64,000 bases of DNA from positions 248,001 to 312,000 of the forward strand of contig QPGO01000091.1 of assembly GCA_008632985.1 (NCBI GenBank), in the 5' to 3' direction. The translations under genes and the position numbers were made by a program. The notes below the pieces were generated by a model. The model was not told the origin of the DNA and made no database searches. It saw only the letters and a list, made by a program, of their open reading frames with translations. Positions 36,150-49,264 of this stretch are shown here, one piece after another (the first letter of the stretch is position 1; every line of letters begins with the position of its first letter). Origin of the DNA: Psammoneis japonica (lineage: Eukaryota).

Positions 36150-38840
36150 GTTCCACCATTTCAGTTCCTCGCCAATCAAAGAAATGAGGCACAACACCAG
36201 TTGTTTTGAGAGAATTGAGTGCACTTCAATGATCACACCCAAAGCTGACACCTCATCTTCCTAAAAAAACACCAGAGCCCCCCCACACACACACACAGAA
36301 TGCACAGACTCTCAGCTTTCCATTGATGTGTCACATGTGGGGCAACTGTGCACACACAAAATTTCAACGCATCACAAATGCTCAAGTGCACGGTGTGAAA
36401 GTGGACATGCAAACATTGGGCATTCATGGTGGGAAAAGTTGTGCAGCTTCTGCGTGTGTGTGTTTCTGCATCTTTTTTGCATGCAAAATCATTGTCGTCA
36501 CCTGGATTTCTCTTGCTTCACCCAGAAATGCTTCTCAACAACAAAACAGGATCGGAAGTTTTTACGCCTCATTTGTGCTTTCTGAGTTGCGGCAAACAAA
36601 ACAGTTGTTGTTGGAGAAGGAGATGAGCCAACCAAACCCCAGAAAAACAGCATGAAGTGCTTCAAGCATCTTAGAAGACAAGGATGCATTGGAGATTGTT
36701 GTTGCTTCTTAGCTCAATGAAGAAGAGAGGCAGCATCTCAGATTGACATGGCAAGTGACACCGTCATTGTGCAGTGCATTTTGCTCATTTCATTTTGGGC
36801 TGATCTGCTGAACAGAGTGGCAATTGGTCCTCAATCTTGGGCACTGCTTGCTTTGTGGACATTGTTGACACTGATGACAATGGAATGTTGGCTGTTGTTG
36901 ATGATGATGATTGCAGCGAAATGCCGACATGGTCAACAACAAACACGAACGATGCAACAACAACAAAAAATGGTTTGGAGGCAATGATGGACAATCCCAG
37001 CAGCATCATGGAGTGTGGATGGCAGCATGTCAAGCAGAGATTGCCTGTGCATCAAAACATTGGTGTGGAAATGCAACTCTGCTCATGCATTTTTGTGGCA
37101 TTGCTCAGTCTGCATGAACACTGTGGATCTCAAACAAATGCAAATGAACACAATTGGTGCAATCCAACATCAATCAACTCCATCTTGGCTTTGGCTCTCA
37201 ACAATGACAAAGGAGTGTGGCATGTGGGAAGAAAGCACAGCAGCAGCAAAGTAAACTGGCAGCAAATGAAACAGCAAGACTCATGAATCAGCATCTCTGC
37301 AACATGGGGGAGCAGTTTGCATTGTTTCTGTTCTCAGCACTGGTTTGGTGGAGTCAACATTTAATTTGCAGCAGGAAAAATGGCCACTCCACAAACACAA
37401 CACTGACCACACCAAGCCAGAAAGGAAACATGCAAAGGATCCCCGAGTGCTAAAATGCCGCCATTCAAGATCTTTGAGTTTGGGCTGCTTGGCTTGCTGA
37501 TGGACTTGGCACTGGCAGCAACATGCCCAGGGAACAGAATTGATTGTTGGACAGAATGGAAATTTTGGCCAAAAACCAATTCAACTCCAGGGACACGCTC
37601 TTCCAGAGACAGAAACCAAAACCTGCAAGCAGATTCTTCAGGGTCTCAGTGGAAAAGGGTGCTGTGTTCTTGCTTGGTGCCAACAATTGATGACAAAAGA
37701 GATGGGAGATCCTCATGCATGCAGCAACACTGTCTTTGACCAATCAACCAGCAACAAAAACCCAGTGTGAAATGTGCACTGGTCCTTGCTCTCAGAAGTG
37801 GCAGCACTGGCAATGGAGACACCAAGCTGTGTTGGAACCACAGATTCTGTCAAAAGTCCAAAATGAAATTGGCATTGCAACAAACCACTCTTTCACCTGT
37901 TTGTCTTTGTCAAACAAACTTTTTCCCAGTGTGCAGCAGAGACAAAAGAACACTGGCAAAGAGCAGCAACTGAAATGTCCTGATGTGCCAAAAAGAACCA
38001 TCAGCTCCTGGAAAAGAAGCAATCAAAGACCTTGGAGCAAGAGGAGGTGCCAAGGGAAACTCCTTGGTGAAACTGCAACAAAGCAGAGAAAGAAGGCGAA
38101 ACAAGTGTCAGTTTCCTTTCCAGCTTTGGTGCAATGCCATCAAGCAGATTTGGTTGACAATTCAAAATCAACGCAGTGCAAGCCAGTCCATGATGTAAAA
38201 GAGAGCAAAGACTGGGTCAGACAAAAGTGGTGGCTTGCCCTCTGCCAGTGGTGGGATGCAAAAAATGCAGGCAAGCATGAGGGCACCACTGCCTGGGGAT
38301 GCACCATGCCAAGCACAGCGTCAATGGCAGATCTCAAATTGTTGACAGCAGATCAAAATGTGGCGCATTCATCTGCAAGGACTGTGCAAACAGTGGCGAC
38401 AGAGATGGTCACCAACAGATCATCAGAAGGGGCTGCCAAGCCAGCAGCAATGGCATTGTCATCTGATGTGAGGGCAGGTGCAATGCCCTTGTGCTGCAAC
38501 ACTGGCACGCAAGACCAGGATGCAGCTGGGGCCAACTGAGAGGAGGGCCAGAAGGCTGACCACCAGAAAGAAGGGGCAGGATTGAGCCCAGAAAAAAGCC
38601 CACAACCAAATGTGGATGGCAAAACTTGTGCCACCAGATTTGGTGCTGGAGGCTCTGTGACAGCGGGAACTGCAGCAGATGCCCTCAGCAACCACTGCAA
38701 GTTGCAGAGGACATTGGTGAGAAGATCGTCAGGATGACAAGAATCAGAAAAAGCAAGCAAAACTTGCTCTCAGCTCAGCAACGTGCAATGCAAGAACGTT
38801 GAAGAGAAAAAGAAGTGAGCTTGCAGCGGTTTGTTCTGAT
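36150..38840. repeat. Hypermutated block, probably a decayed plus-strand gene or TE
   Basis: TpA and CpG depleted; long Tyr-free ORFs (e.g. 37715-38539, 274 aa); no recognisable motif. Confidence 0.6.
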
Positions 38841-39334
38841 TGTCTCGTAGCACATGGTGCCACTTCTAGCACCCAATTGTAGAGAATGGCAAATAATTCT
38901 TGACGTCATCAGAAGTAGAACGTGAGTGAAAACCGAACCCCCCGCCCCCAAATGTGCCATGGTAGTCTGTCCGACATGTCGTTTGTAACAAGAAGCGGCG
39001 AGTTATATGGAACCGACCGCAAGGAGCACGAGTTAGGCCCGCCGCAGAAGTGATGGAAGCTGTAGCGTACCTGGACTCCGATGTTGTTCGCGGCACCAGC
39101 AAGCAAGCAAAGGGCATATTTGTTCGACTTGATCACCTTGATGACAAGTTTGACCTTCTACCCAGACTTCCAAATTGCGCTGATAGAATCAAGCTACTGG
39201 AAGAGAAGACTGTCCTCGATTGAACTGGTACAAGTCTTCATTCTGCTTGTAGTCCTTGTTTTTCTAAACCCAATATTGTTTCCATTTTTTGCCTCGTAGA
39301 CTAACAGCTACCGTATAGTACTAGAGCTCTTTAG

Positions 39335-41841
39335 TTATCGTCTATTCTTTCCTCGGACCTCTTTTCTCAAGTCTTCCTTGTACTTGCCATACAAGTCGTC
39401 AAAGGTAGTCAGCTCTCCATCGGCGACTTCTACCTTGATTCGTCCCTCGGACACGGTCCACATTTCCTTGGCGCTCTTGGACATGAAGCTTTGGTGGTGC
39501 GAAACCATGACCACGGCCCCTTGAAAGTTTTCTACGGCAGTCGCCAAAGATTCCAAGCTGTCGCGGTCCAAGTGGTTCGTCGGTTCGTCCAAAATCAGCA
39601 CGTGCGGCGCGTTGTACATGACAGTAGCAAAGGCAAGACGAGCCTTTTGCCCACCACTCAACGTTCCGATAAGTTGTAGGGCCAGAGATCCCACCAATCC
39701 AAACTGTCCCAAAAACTGCCGAGCTTCTTGTTCGTTCTTGGCATGGTGTTGCTGCAAAAAGTACTCGACCGGAGTGCATCCCAAGTAGTCGCCGAGTTGT
39801 TCGATATGATGCTGAGCGATATGGGCTACCTTGAGGTTGGGGTGGCGATGATAGTCACCGCCATCCACATCGAGTTCTCCACAGAGCAACTTCAACAAAG
39901 TAGATTTGCCAACACCATTCCTCCCTGTAATAGCAATCCGACCTCCCTCGGAAACGTTCAGCGTCATGTGTTCTAGCAGCCACGGCCCTTTCTTGTCGTA
40001 CCGAAAGCGACAATCCTCCATGGTAATATACGGCATATTGGCGCCTCCTTTGAGCGGTGCCGCAGCGGGAAACTTGAAATTGAGCAATTGTCGGTCTTCG
40101 CCAAACGCATGGGTTTCGTTGCTGACAAAAAACGATTGAAAGCCGGCGGCATTGGTATAGTTGCCAAAAACGTGGCCGGCTCGATTGGACCCACCCGTCT
40201 TGGTTTTGCCTTCGGCCAGTAACTTAAACTTTTGTCCATTCTCGGAAAACAAACCAATGCGGCCCAGTTTCTTTTGTCGTTCGGCCGCTTGTTGTTGCTT
40301 GTTGTCGTCGCGGTGCTTGCTATTGGCCATACTCCGTTGCTTGGCAATAAAGTCCTTGGCCTTTTTTTCTTGACGGGCCACGGCATCGGCCTTCCTACAA
40401 TTGCGGGCCCAAGATTGTTCTTGCATTTGTCGAAACGACGTGTAGTTACCAACGTGGTACTTGAGTTGTTGCTTGGAGGGTTCAAAATATATGATGTCTG
40501 TGCAAACCGCATCCAAAAAGTGACCGTCGTGCGACACTACCACTGCCGTCATCTTGTGATCGACCAAGTACTGTTCCAAAAAGAGAATGGCCGACAAGTC
40601 CAAGTGATTGGTAGGTTCATCGAGCAACAAGACATCGGGTTCGGCATAGAGAGCTCGAGCCAACGCCAATCGCATGCGCCATCCTCCACTCAACACGTTT
40701 CCAGGCGTCTCCAGCATGGATTCTTGGAATTGCAATCCCTTGAGAATGGTCTTGGCTTTTTTGTCCAGTTGGTTCCAGCCCATCTTGTTGTTGTTGTCTT
40801 TATCTGAGGATTCTTGTAGCTGTTGTTCCAAGGCTTCCAATTCGTCATAGATTTCGGAAAGTCGTTCGCGGCAGATTCGAGTTGTTCGGGTTCCACGGAA
40901 TCGTCTTCCAACATCGCTTCGAGTTCGGATTGTTCTTGTAGCAATGTTTCTTGTTTGGCCTTCGTGACTTTATTGTTTACTTGAAAACAGTTGACAACAC
41001 ATTGAGCCGTTCCCAACACTTCTTGTTCGACCATGTCCACCGTCAAGTGCAGTGGCCACCCCGGAATGTTGCCCGAGGCCATTCTCCTCAACAAAGTAGT
41101 TTTGCCGACGCCGTTCGGGCCCATCAATCCATATCGATGACTCTGCGAGAGTGCCAAGTGTGTTTCTTGTAGCAACGTCTTGCCCGCAAAACTCAGTGTC
41201 AATTGCTGAACCACCACGTCTTTTCCCTTGTGGGAAGCAAGCCCTCGATTGACGCCTCGTCCGCCATGGCCACGGCCGCCCCAGACACGGCCCTCGGCTT
41301 GCGCGTCGCGCCAGGCACTGGAATAATCGTCGAGTTGGTCCAATTCGGTTGCCGTCGACTGTTGGATCCTTTGGACCACGTCGTGAATATCATTGCTTTC
41401 TGTATTCTTGGATGGTTGTTTCGTTTTCTTTTGGCGTTGCCGTTTCTTTTGTAGTCGCTTGGCTTTGCGAAGTTCCTTATTGTGACTCTTGGCAGTTGCG
41501 GGTTCCGTAGAACTAGTTTGTGATGCTTTCGTGTCATTGTCGCCCGTGGAAGACGAGGACGCTGCGTCGTCGTCGCCTTGATGGTGCAAGGGCAGTTTTG
41601 GGGGTGTGGGCTTTGGAGTATTTGTAGAAGTGTGTTGCACAAGACTCGCCAGGTCTCTCACCAAGGCCTCGGCCGCACTGGCATTGTCGTTTAGAAACGG
41701 CTGGACGGCTTCGGCAAGTGCTTCTAGGTCATTGTAGGCGTCTTCATCCGACAAAATTTGCACCAAATAATCGAGCATCGTCTCGTCATTCTCTGTCATT
41801 ATGGGTTTCAAGGCCTCTTGAATAACGGCCGTGTCCATCAT
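39335..41841 (-). CDS. ABCF3: ABC-F family ATPase (ABCF3/GCN20-like); one apparent frameshift at about 40866
   Basis: Two ABC cassettes: GPNGVGKTT...LSGGWRMRLALARAL...LLLDEPTNHLD and GRNGVGKST...LSGGQKARLAFA...LILDEPTNHLD; no transmembrane domain; helical N-terminal domain. Confidence 0.85.
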
Positions 41842-41866
41842 TTTCTTGATTGAATGGGTGTTAGTA

Positions 41867-41899
41867 GTTGTTGTTGTTGTGGTGGTGGTGGTGGTGGTG
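41867..41899. repeat. Compound (GTT)n(GGT)n microsatellite just upstream of the ABC-F start
   Basis: gttgttgttgttgtggtggtggtggtggtggtg. Confidence 0.9.
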
Positions 41900-42059
41900 A
41901 TTATGATCAAGGTGTTGCGACAACGGCACACAAACAGCCACAGCGCGAGGAAGGTGTTCCCTCACACAAAACACCACCCAGTCGTGCGACACCGCTCTTT
42001 AAGGATCATTAGGGAACATTCCCTCGGAGTCAGTACTGCTTTCAGGTAGACTTCTACTT

Positions 42060-44190
42060 GTCGTGCGGTTCTGCTTTCAATCGTGTGTGTGATCTGCATT
42101 GTTCGCCAGAATGACTGACAGACGACGGCAGCCTGGGCTGCTGCTCTTGTTGATTGACTGAGCTCTCTCTCTCTCTCTCTGTCTGCACCATCCCTCTACT
42201 GCTGATACTTGCATGGTGGTTGGCTGTTGCTGGATGCTGGCCACTGCTGCCCCCAAGCCAAGTGAACATGTGTGGCTCTGGATGGTGATTGCTGCTGAGC
42301 TGCTTCTTGCTTCACCCTGGATGCTGGCCACTGTTGTCCCCAAGCCAAGTGAGCATGTGGCTCTTGGTGGTGATTGCTGTTGCTGCATCTTGCTTTGTCC
42401 ATGGCACCACCACCTGCTGGCTGAGGAGTCTGCCCTGCTGAGGGTGCTTCTTGCTCTTCTTTTCTTGGGGCTTGCTGCAATGCACAACTCAGCTGCCAAA
42501 GCTTCATTTGCTGTGTGTGGCTGAGGCCACTTGCCAGCACTGACCATGCCCCATGGTGCACTGTGCAGTGATTGCAAGCTGGTGTGACCTTATCCAGCAT
42601 TGCCCAAAGCACCCCCAAAGCCCACCACATGGAGCCCTGCAGTGGCTGCTTCTCATTGAGCACTGAGAAAACCCCTCTCTGACAGTTTCCTTGCCTGCAA
42701 GGCTTTGATCACTCTCACAGCTGCTGATTGGGGTGAGTGCCACTCACATTTGGGGCCTGGTTGGAGGGCATTGCTTTCCTCAGCTGGCTGGGCTGCCAGC
42801 AGAACAAAGTGGATCCAAAGTTCTTGGCTCTCTTTTGTGCCCAGCTTGCACTCACAGCAGGGCCTTGTTGTTGCTCCTGGTGCCACAATGATGGCCAGTG
42901 GCTCTCTGCGTTGGTGTTTTTGCCACAAAGTGAAATGTCAGGAGAAGCAGCCGAAAGGCTGTCCATCATGCTTTGGCAGTTGTCAAAGCTCACACGACAT
43001 TTCAATCTGTCGCTGCCTCTGCAGCATTCAACGTGGCGAGCAATTGACACAACTGGGTGCTTGGATGTTGCTCAGCACATGAATTTGCAGAGACTGCGCT
43101 GCACAACAAAAGGAACCCAAGGCATCTAATTTGCTTTGGATTTTCCATTGTCTTTTGATTGCAAGGAAATTGCATCTTGTTGGCATGGTGACTGTTTGCT
43201 CCAAGAATTCCCATTTGTGGGCCTGTTCCAGCCCCAGGTGCAATGTTTTTTGACATTCGCGTGGTCCCACACAAATTTCAGCACTGGCTGAACAAGCAGC
43301 AGATTCTGGAGCTTGCACTTTTTGCCTTTCCGCAATGAAAAAACATGTCCGTCATGGAACAATCCTGTCTTCAGCATGCATGCTCTGGTCACTTGACAGT
43401 GCACACTGGCGTGGGTGTGTCACAATGAGAATTTGGCAGCTTGCACATGCAACAACCACCCACCACACACAACAACAACATCAGTTGCAGAGCAGCAACA
43501 GCAACATTCCAAATCATCATGTCCATTGCCGGTGTTGCTTTTTCTTGTTTCTTTTTACCTTTGTTTGCCATTGTTGGACAAAGAAAGTCTGTTCTCCAGA
43601 GGATTTCTGTTCTTTTTGGCAGATTGTCATTTTCTGTTGTTTTGCGTGTTTCTGGTTCATTCTCCATGCCGCGTTGCATTTGTTGTTTCAGCATCAGTGT
43701 TGGTTGATTGCGGTTTGATTGTGTCCAGTCTCTTTCAATTGTGAAAAGTGGAACTGCCTTGCAAGGCTGCCATTGGCTTGACGGTGACAATTTGTCATTG
43801 CAACTGAATTTGGAGCACTCAGCAGATCCAGTTTGGGCAGCTTGTGATTTGGTTGCTGGTGGTTTTGTGATGACTGTTGACTGGGCTCTTGCTGCTGCTT
43901 GTTGGCAGATGCTCTCCACTTGTGTTCTGTCTTCTGAGGTGCTGTTCTGGAGTGGACATCCAGTCAGTGCCAGGAAGGCACTCGGAGCTCTGTGTGTGTG
44001 CAAGCTTCGGCTGGTTGGCTCACCCAGTTGGGGCAATTCCCAGGCCAGAGCAACCATCTGCAGCTCTGACACCATCAATGCTGCACTCTGACTGTGCTCC
44101 ATGCCCTTGTTCTTGAGCACTCCAACTGACTCAATCAGATTCTTGACCAGCAGCTGGCCCCGACACAGAAGGTTCATCATTGAGTTTGCA
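42060..44190. repeat. Hypermutated unclassified repeat; includes (CT)n at about 42163-42180 and an 88-bp-period duplication at 42231-42386
   Basis: TpA/CpG depletion; GGATGCTGGCCACTG.TG.CCCCAAGCCAAGTGA.CATGTG occurs twice. Confidence 0.65.
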
Positions 44191-44192
44191 CG

Positions 44193-44575
44193 TGCATTGT
44201 GCTCAAAGAACAAGCATGAACAAAAGCAATGTAAAGAGCAAAAAGTGAAAATCACAAGATTGGATTCTGCTCAAGAATCATTTTGGATTTCTCTAAACTG
44301 GCTCTCAACAGCCCAAAGCTTCTGCGCTGCTTCTGCAGAACAAAAGGCCTTTCGGAGAATGCAGCAATGACAACAGATTGTCCGGATGTGATTGCCATTG
44401 ACACTTAAGATGTTGACATCGTCAAGCAATTGCATTTGCAATTTTCAGCATCTGATCAATTCTGTGTGATTGATCTGTGCTTTGCACAAACTCATGAGCT
44501 GACACAAGATTGAAATGTGATGACATTTGAGTGTGTGGATGTGCGTGCAAAATGCACATGACAACGCACATTGCA
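44193..44575 (-). mobile_element. 3' LTR of a Ty3/Gypsy retrotransposon
   Basis: Begins TGCAATGTGCG immediately after a purine-rich tract (GGAGATGGAGATGGA, plus-strand 44576-44590) downstream of integrase; homologous to the solo LTR at 31209-31587. Confidence 0.8.
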
Positions 44576-47300
44576 TCCATCTCCATCTCCACAATTGCAC
44601 ACCAGAGTCATTTGTTGAACGGTGTTGTGCAACAAATGTTGACAGTGTCAATGACATCACCACATTTGACCTGCACTGTGCCATCAGCCAGCATGTGCTG
44701 CCATTGTTGTCACATGCGGCCCAACACAGGGCTGTTCTAATTTTGGGAGTCTCTTTTGTACAGTGTCTTTTCTCCTGCCCCATGCATGTGCGGAGCATGT
44801 CAAGCATTCTCACAAGCATTGTTTTAATTTGTGATTTCTTGTTTTTGTTTCTGGACAAAGTTCCAACCAGCAATGTGCTGGACACTGAAAATCATGTCTC
44901 TGTTGAAGAAGCCTGGTTGTTCTGGTGTGGCTTGCACAGCAGCATGACACACAGAATGCACTGCAAACGCCACTGCTGACAGCTGACAACATGCCAGAGA
45001 GTGGATCATCTGCATCCAGGGGTGCATTTTGCAGGTCCAATGTGCACAGCACACATTGCCTGGCACTTGATGCAGCATGTGTTCAATGATTGTGCTTGCT
45101 TGTGGATTTTGTGCAGTCATGAGCTCACATTTGGTGCCACAGTCCTCTTGAACCATGTTTCTGAGTTGGTGTCCGACAAACTCATCACCACAGTCAACAA
45201 TGGCCATGGACATCTGCTCAACCACATTCTTTCTAATGGCCCAGCTGCAGTTGTGGATTCCTCATTTGGAGTTTCCAAAACTTCAAACCATCCAGTTGCT
45301 GGATCAACCATTGTCAAACATTTTAGGACCAAGGGTTTCTTCTTCCCCTTGCAATGCATCTTGTGTGGTTCAATGAGATCCACACATGGCCATTCCCATG
45401 GCACCAATTCTGTGCACTTGGGGGGCAAATGTCCACATTTCTTCTGTTTCTTCTTGAGCTGTTGGCGTGTCTCACATTTTGACACAGTTGTTGTGAGATT
45501 GTTTCTTCTGTTCCATTTGTGCCAGGGTGAAGAAGGCACATGTGGCACCAATCTGTCACTGCCTTTTACAGTGTCTTTGGTGCAATGACTTTGTTCTCAT
45601 GACATGTGAGCAACCGGTCTTGCTCACCTCCACAGAAAGTGTTTGGATGACATGTTGCATTCTTTGACAATTTAGAGAGAATGTCTTTGTCCTGTCACTG
45701 TTCAGTGTCAAGAACTTTGCATGATGATGGAAAGACATTATCACAGGATTTTGGTGGGACCTTTTCAGTCAATTCTTCTGTGCTGAGATTTTCCATGGGC
45801 TCCATTTTTCTCACAGTGAGTTGGCTGATCACATTTGCAACAATGTTGGCCTTGCCCTTGAGGCAAATTGTTTTGTGACTGCATTTCTTCTGTCACTGGA
45901 CACCAATGCATGACTCTGTCTGTTGTGAAGTTCTTGTGTGTGAGATTTTTGTGATCTGTGCACACACTCATCTGTTGGCCAAACAGCACATTTCAGAACT
46001 CTTTCAGTGTGTTTCCACAACAGACAGCAATTGTTTTTCTGCTGCAGCACAATGCGTCTGTGCTCCATTCAGCTTGCGGCTGCAGAAAGCAACAGGCCAG
46101 TTGTTCTGCACAACAACCACCCCCAATTGAGAATTGCTCACACCAGCACATGTCTCAAAGGGTTTGTTGAAATTTGGGTTTGATGACAGCACAACTTTTG
46201 AAATTGTGCGCTCTATGTTGTGGAAGGCTTTTTGTTCCATTTTGGTCCATTGCCACTTCACCTTGGATGAGGCATGTGATTGTCAAGGCCACATGTCTCA
46301 ACAGCAGTTGATCACCCCCACAAAGCTTTGCAATTCCTTGCAAGTTCTGGGAGGAGCTGCAATCATGCAAATTGCCTCCACTTTCTTTGATGTTGGTCTG
46401 GCACCTTTGTGGGCAACATGAAAGCCCAGACAGCCCACCTTCGATGTTGGGCAGAGGGAAATGGAGTGCACATTGATCTCTTGCCCAGTTCATGAAAGTC
46501 AGACAGGAACCAAACTTGACCATTTTTCTTTGGTTGAATGAAGGCAAGAGCCACCCATTTGAAACAATTTGTTTTTCTTAAGACTTTCAACTTGCACAGT
46601 CTTTCAACTTCCTTTCAAGTGGTCACATCCAAGGCTTGTGGTGCAGGAAATGGCTTTGTGTGACATGGACTTGTGCCCAACCTCAACTTGAGATCCACAG
46701 GTTTCCCGGTCCACTCACCCAGAGAACCATTGAAAAGGTCTTCAAATCTTTTTAGGAGGAAATTCAGCTGCTTCTGCTCCTCTGGAGTTAGATGAGTTGC
46801 CGCTGCAGCCACATTGTTGGGGGTGGCAGCATGACAGTCTGAGCCAAGCATCCAACTGACCCTGTCATTAAGACCAGTCACGGCATGAGATTCCTCAACA
46901 TGACCAGCAATCAACTTGAAAACATCAGCATTGAAGAGTGCATCAACATTTTTCACAGGTGCAGTTGCATCCTCTGTGCACATGAAATGCACACGACAGT
47001 GCATGTTGCAACTGTCTCAGGCCCTGCTCCATTCCATGACCCCCACTCTTTGATTGAGAATGTCCCAGTCATTTGACCTGCATTGACAGCTTCAAGCACC
47101 ACTTTGACAGACATGGCTGACGACACGAGGGTCCAACAATCACCCAGCAAACCCTTTGTTGCTGCACTCTTTGCACTTTCAAGTTCACTGGTGTGGGCCA
47201 CAGTTCTTTCACAGGATGGCATCAATGCATCCCTTGCTGAACTGTTGCTCATTGGACTTGATGTGATGAACCTGTCTCCTGGCATGCTTTTTTGAAACAA
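44576..47300 (-). mobile_element. Degenerate Ty3/Gypsy pol (RT N-terminus, RT thumb, RNase H, integrase, GPY/F); RT catalytic core deleted; matching 5' LTR not found
   Basis: LLKRFEDLFNGSLGEW...FIQPKKNGQVWFLSDFHEL..FPLPNI; FVGVINCC*DMWP; QLGVVVVQNNWPVAFCSRKLNGAQ..EKQLLSVVE; VCTDHKNL; GHLPPK..PWEWPCVDLIEPH..LTMVDPATGWFE..WLSRCPWP; NPQASTIIEH; KLEQPCVGPH. Domain order RT-RH-INT is Gypsy. Confidence 0.92.
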
Positions 47301-48193
47301 TGAAACACAGCAGAAACTTGAAAAGATCATTGTGCTTCAGCTGCAACAACGTTGACAATGTGGAAGCCACAGCACTCAGAAAGTTGCTGAAAATGGCACA
47401 CAACACCCAAAAGATGCCCCCCCCCCCCCAACTCAAATGGATCTTCCTCCAGCATCATTGTGGTCACCTGGGGTCTCCAAGACAATGACTCTTTGGTGCA
47501 CCTTGGTCTGTTGGGGAGCAAAATTTCTGCTGGCGGGGCTTTGGCTCTTTTGAGTGCAGTTAAAAAAGAGCTGTGCCATTGAGCAGCTGGAAATGCAGCT
47601 GCATTGTCTTGATGAAAATGCAGTCTCATTGACCAACCAGATCAGGTTCTGCTGTCACTTAAACCAGGTGTGGGATGTCAGCGCATTGGAGACATGTCCC
47701 TGCTGTTTTCCTTGTTGCCCCTCATCTCAGCCAAGAAACAAACCAATGAAAATTCAGGTTTGCTTTTTGGGATGATTCGAGAAAAGCCAGATCCCGCAGT
47801 CACAGCCCAAGGCCCGGTGCAAACTAAGAAGCAACGACACGGCAAAATCTGAGCTGAGCTGAGCTGAGCTGCAGACCCGTTTAGAAAACTGCTCAGGCGG
47901 GAGGGCGATAGAAGCATCGATGACAGCAACGTTTGGATCACAGAGTAAAGTGTCTCTCTGTAAATAGTGCAATTCGCTTTTGTAAATAAGAAAAATTTGT
48001 TAATCTAGATGACATCACTTTGGCATGCGTGCATGAGGGGGTTGCCAATGCGGTGGATAAGCTTCGAACACCTCGCTACGACAAATCCACAAAAGTTTCA
48101 TGCCGTCAATCAAGCAAGAAGGTAGCGGTAAGTGTGCTATCTATTTAGCAAGACAATCATTTGGGGGTCCTTGAAAGAGTTAACAACATATAC

Positions 48194-49264
48194 TCATGGT
48201 GAAAAGTATACTTCGGGTCGTTCCTTTTGGAGCACGGCAACATTCTCGGGAGACAGGTCACTCCGAAACCATTTCAACTTTTTGGCGTTTCGCACAAACT
48301 CCATAATGCATTCCTCTGGCACACTCCTGGCACAGCGTTGACCAAACAACTTGTAGGTTGGACTCTTGAAGCTGACTCGTTCCAAATTGGAACTGCAATG
48401 CTCCAAGACGCCCTCTTTGAAAATGGAGTTTTCTGGCGAGTACATGCAGGCATGGTCAATGTACAGCTCTTGTAGCATGGAGCAGTGTCGTAGGTCTTGT
48501 CCCGAATACGAAAATCCACCCGTGGCGCCATTCCAATGAAACACACGAAGGCTTTCGAAGTGACGCATTGAAAAGTCTGCGGCAGCCGTGTGACGGACGT
48601 TCATGTAGCTCATATCGACTTCTCGGAGATTGGTCAGCATTATGGATAAAATCTTGGGGACGCAATTCTGAACCGTCGTGTTCCAGTGATCAGAAGGAAA
48701 GGAGAGATCCAAACTGGTGACGGAATCAAGTCCACCGTCGTCATTGGACGTATGGAGGAGGGTCTTGAGGCGCTTATCACCCATGGTGACTTTTCCTAGA
48801 TGTTCGTGCCCCTTCACTTTCAACCGATGGCGAGGAGACGCGAATACGTCTCGAATATTCCACTCAATGATACGATAGAGCACGTCTGTAACTCTGGATT
48901 TGGTTGTGCATACAATTTCGCACGTTCGAGTCTGGGGCAGAGCTGGGTTTCGACAATCATCTAAACACCTTCTTGAAACTAGAGCAAAGCTACCGTGAAG
49001 GAAATGAGGATCCAGAAACTTGAGGATAGAGATTCGACAATCTTCAGGTAGTACGCTCAGAGGACATTCGTTTCGAAAGGATGACTCGGGTCTTGTCACG
49101 ACATTATTCTTCTTGCTAGCAAGCCGCTTTTTCTTGGTTTTTCTCCCGGCGTCTCTCGCGTCAAGTCTTGCCCTCTTTCTAACAATCTTTGGTATGTAAA
49201 TAGTATCAGGAATACTGTCAAGGTCAACCTGAAGCCTATGCTCTAGTGGTGCAAGGCGGATCAT
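48194..49264 (-). CDS. F-box / LRR-like (RNI-like) protein
   Basis: F-box-like PLSVLPEDCRISILKFLDP...FALVSRR; LRR-like repeats VTSLDLS, LREVDMS, LQELYID, LERVSFK; ends LKWFRSDLSPENVAVLQKERPEV. Confidence 0.75.
   Translation of the reverse strand: MIRLAPLEHRLQVDLDSIPDTIYIPKIVRKRARLDARDAGRKTKKKRLASKKNNVVTRPESSFRNECPLSVLPEDCRISILKFLDPHFLHGSFALVSRRCLDDCRNPALPQTRTCEIVCTTKSRVTDVLYRIIEWNIRDVFASPRHRLKVKGHEHLGKVTMGDKRLKTLLHTSNDDGGLDSVTSLDLSFPSDHWNTTVQNCVPKILSIMLTNLREVDMSYMNVRHTAAADFSMRHFESLRVFHWNGATGGFSYSGQDLRHCSMLQELYIDHACMYSPENSIFKEGVLEHCSSNLERVSFKSPTYKLFGQRCARSVPEECIMEFVRNAKKLKWFRSDLSPENVAVLQKERPEVYFSP

Noticed and set aside
40690..41931. Poly-Thr N-terminal extension of the ABC-F ORF
   Set aside because: Comes from an upstream microsatellite read from a non-ATG start; ATG at 41841/41838 is more plausible.
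44576..47300. Alternative genetic code or RNA editing restoring Tyr
   Set aside because: Neighbouring genes use TAY codons and TAA/TAG stops normally; the relic also has frameshifts and a core deletion, and non-coding LTRs show the same bias.
184..47900. Hundreds of 60-340 aa Cys/His/Gln-rich ORFs in the ORF track within the TA-poor blocks
   Set aside because: They overlap in all six frames, almost lack Tyr and arise from TAA/TAG loss; not treated as genes.
47400..47943. 5' LTR of the Gypsy element
   Set aside because: Begins with TG on the minus strand but shows no visible similarity to the 3' LTR at 44193-44575; probably a different element.
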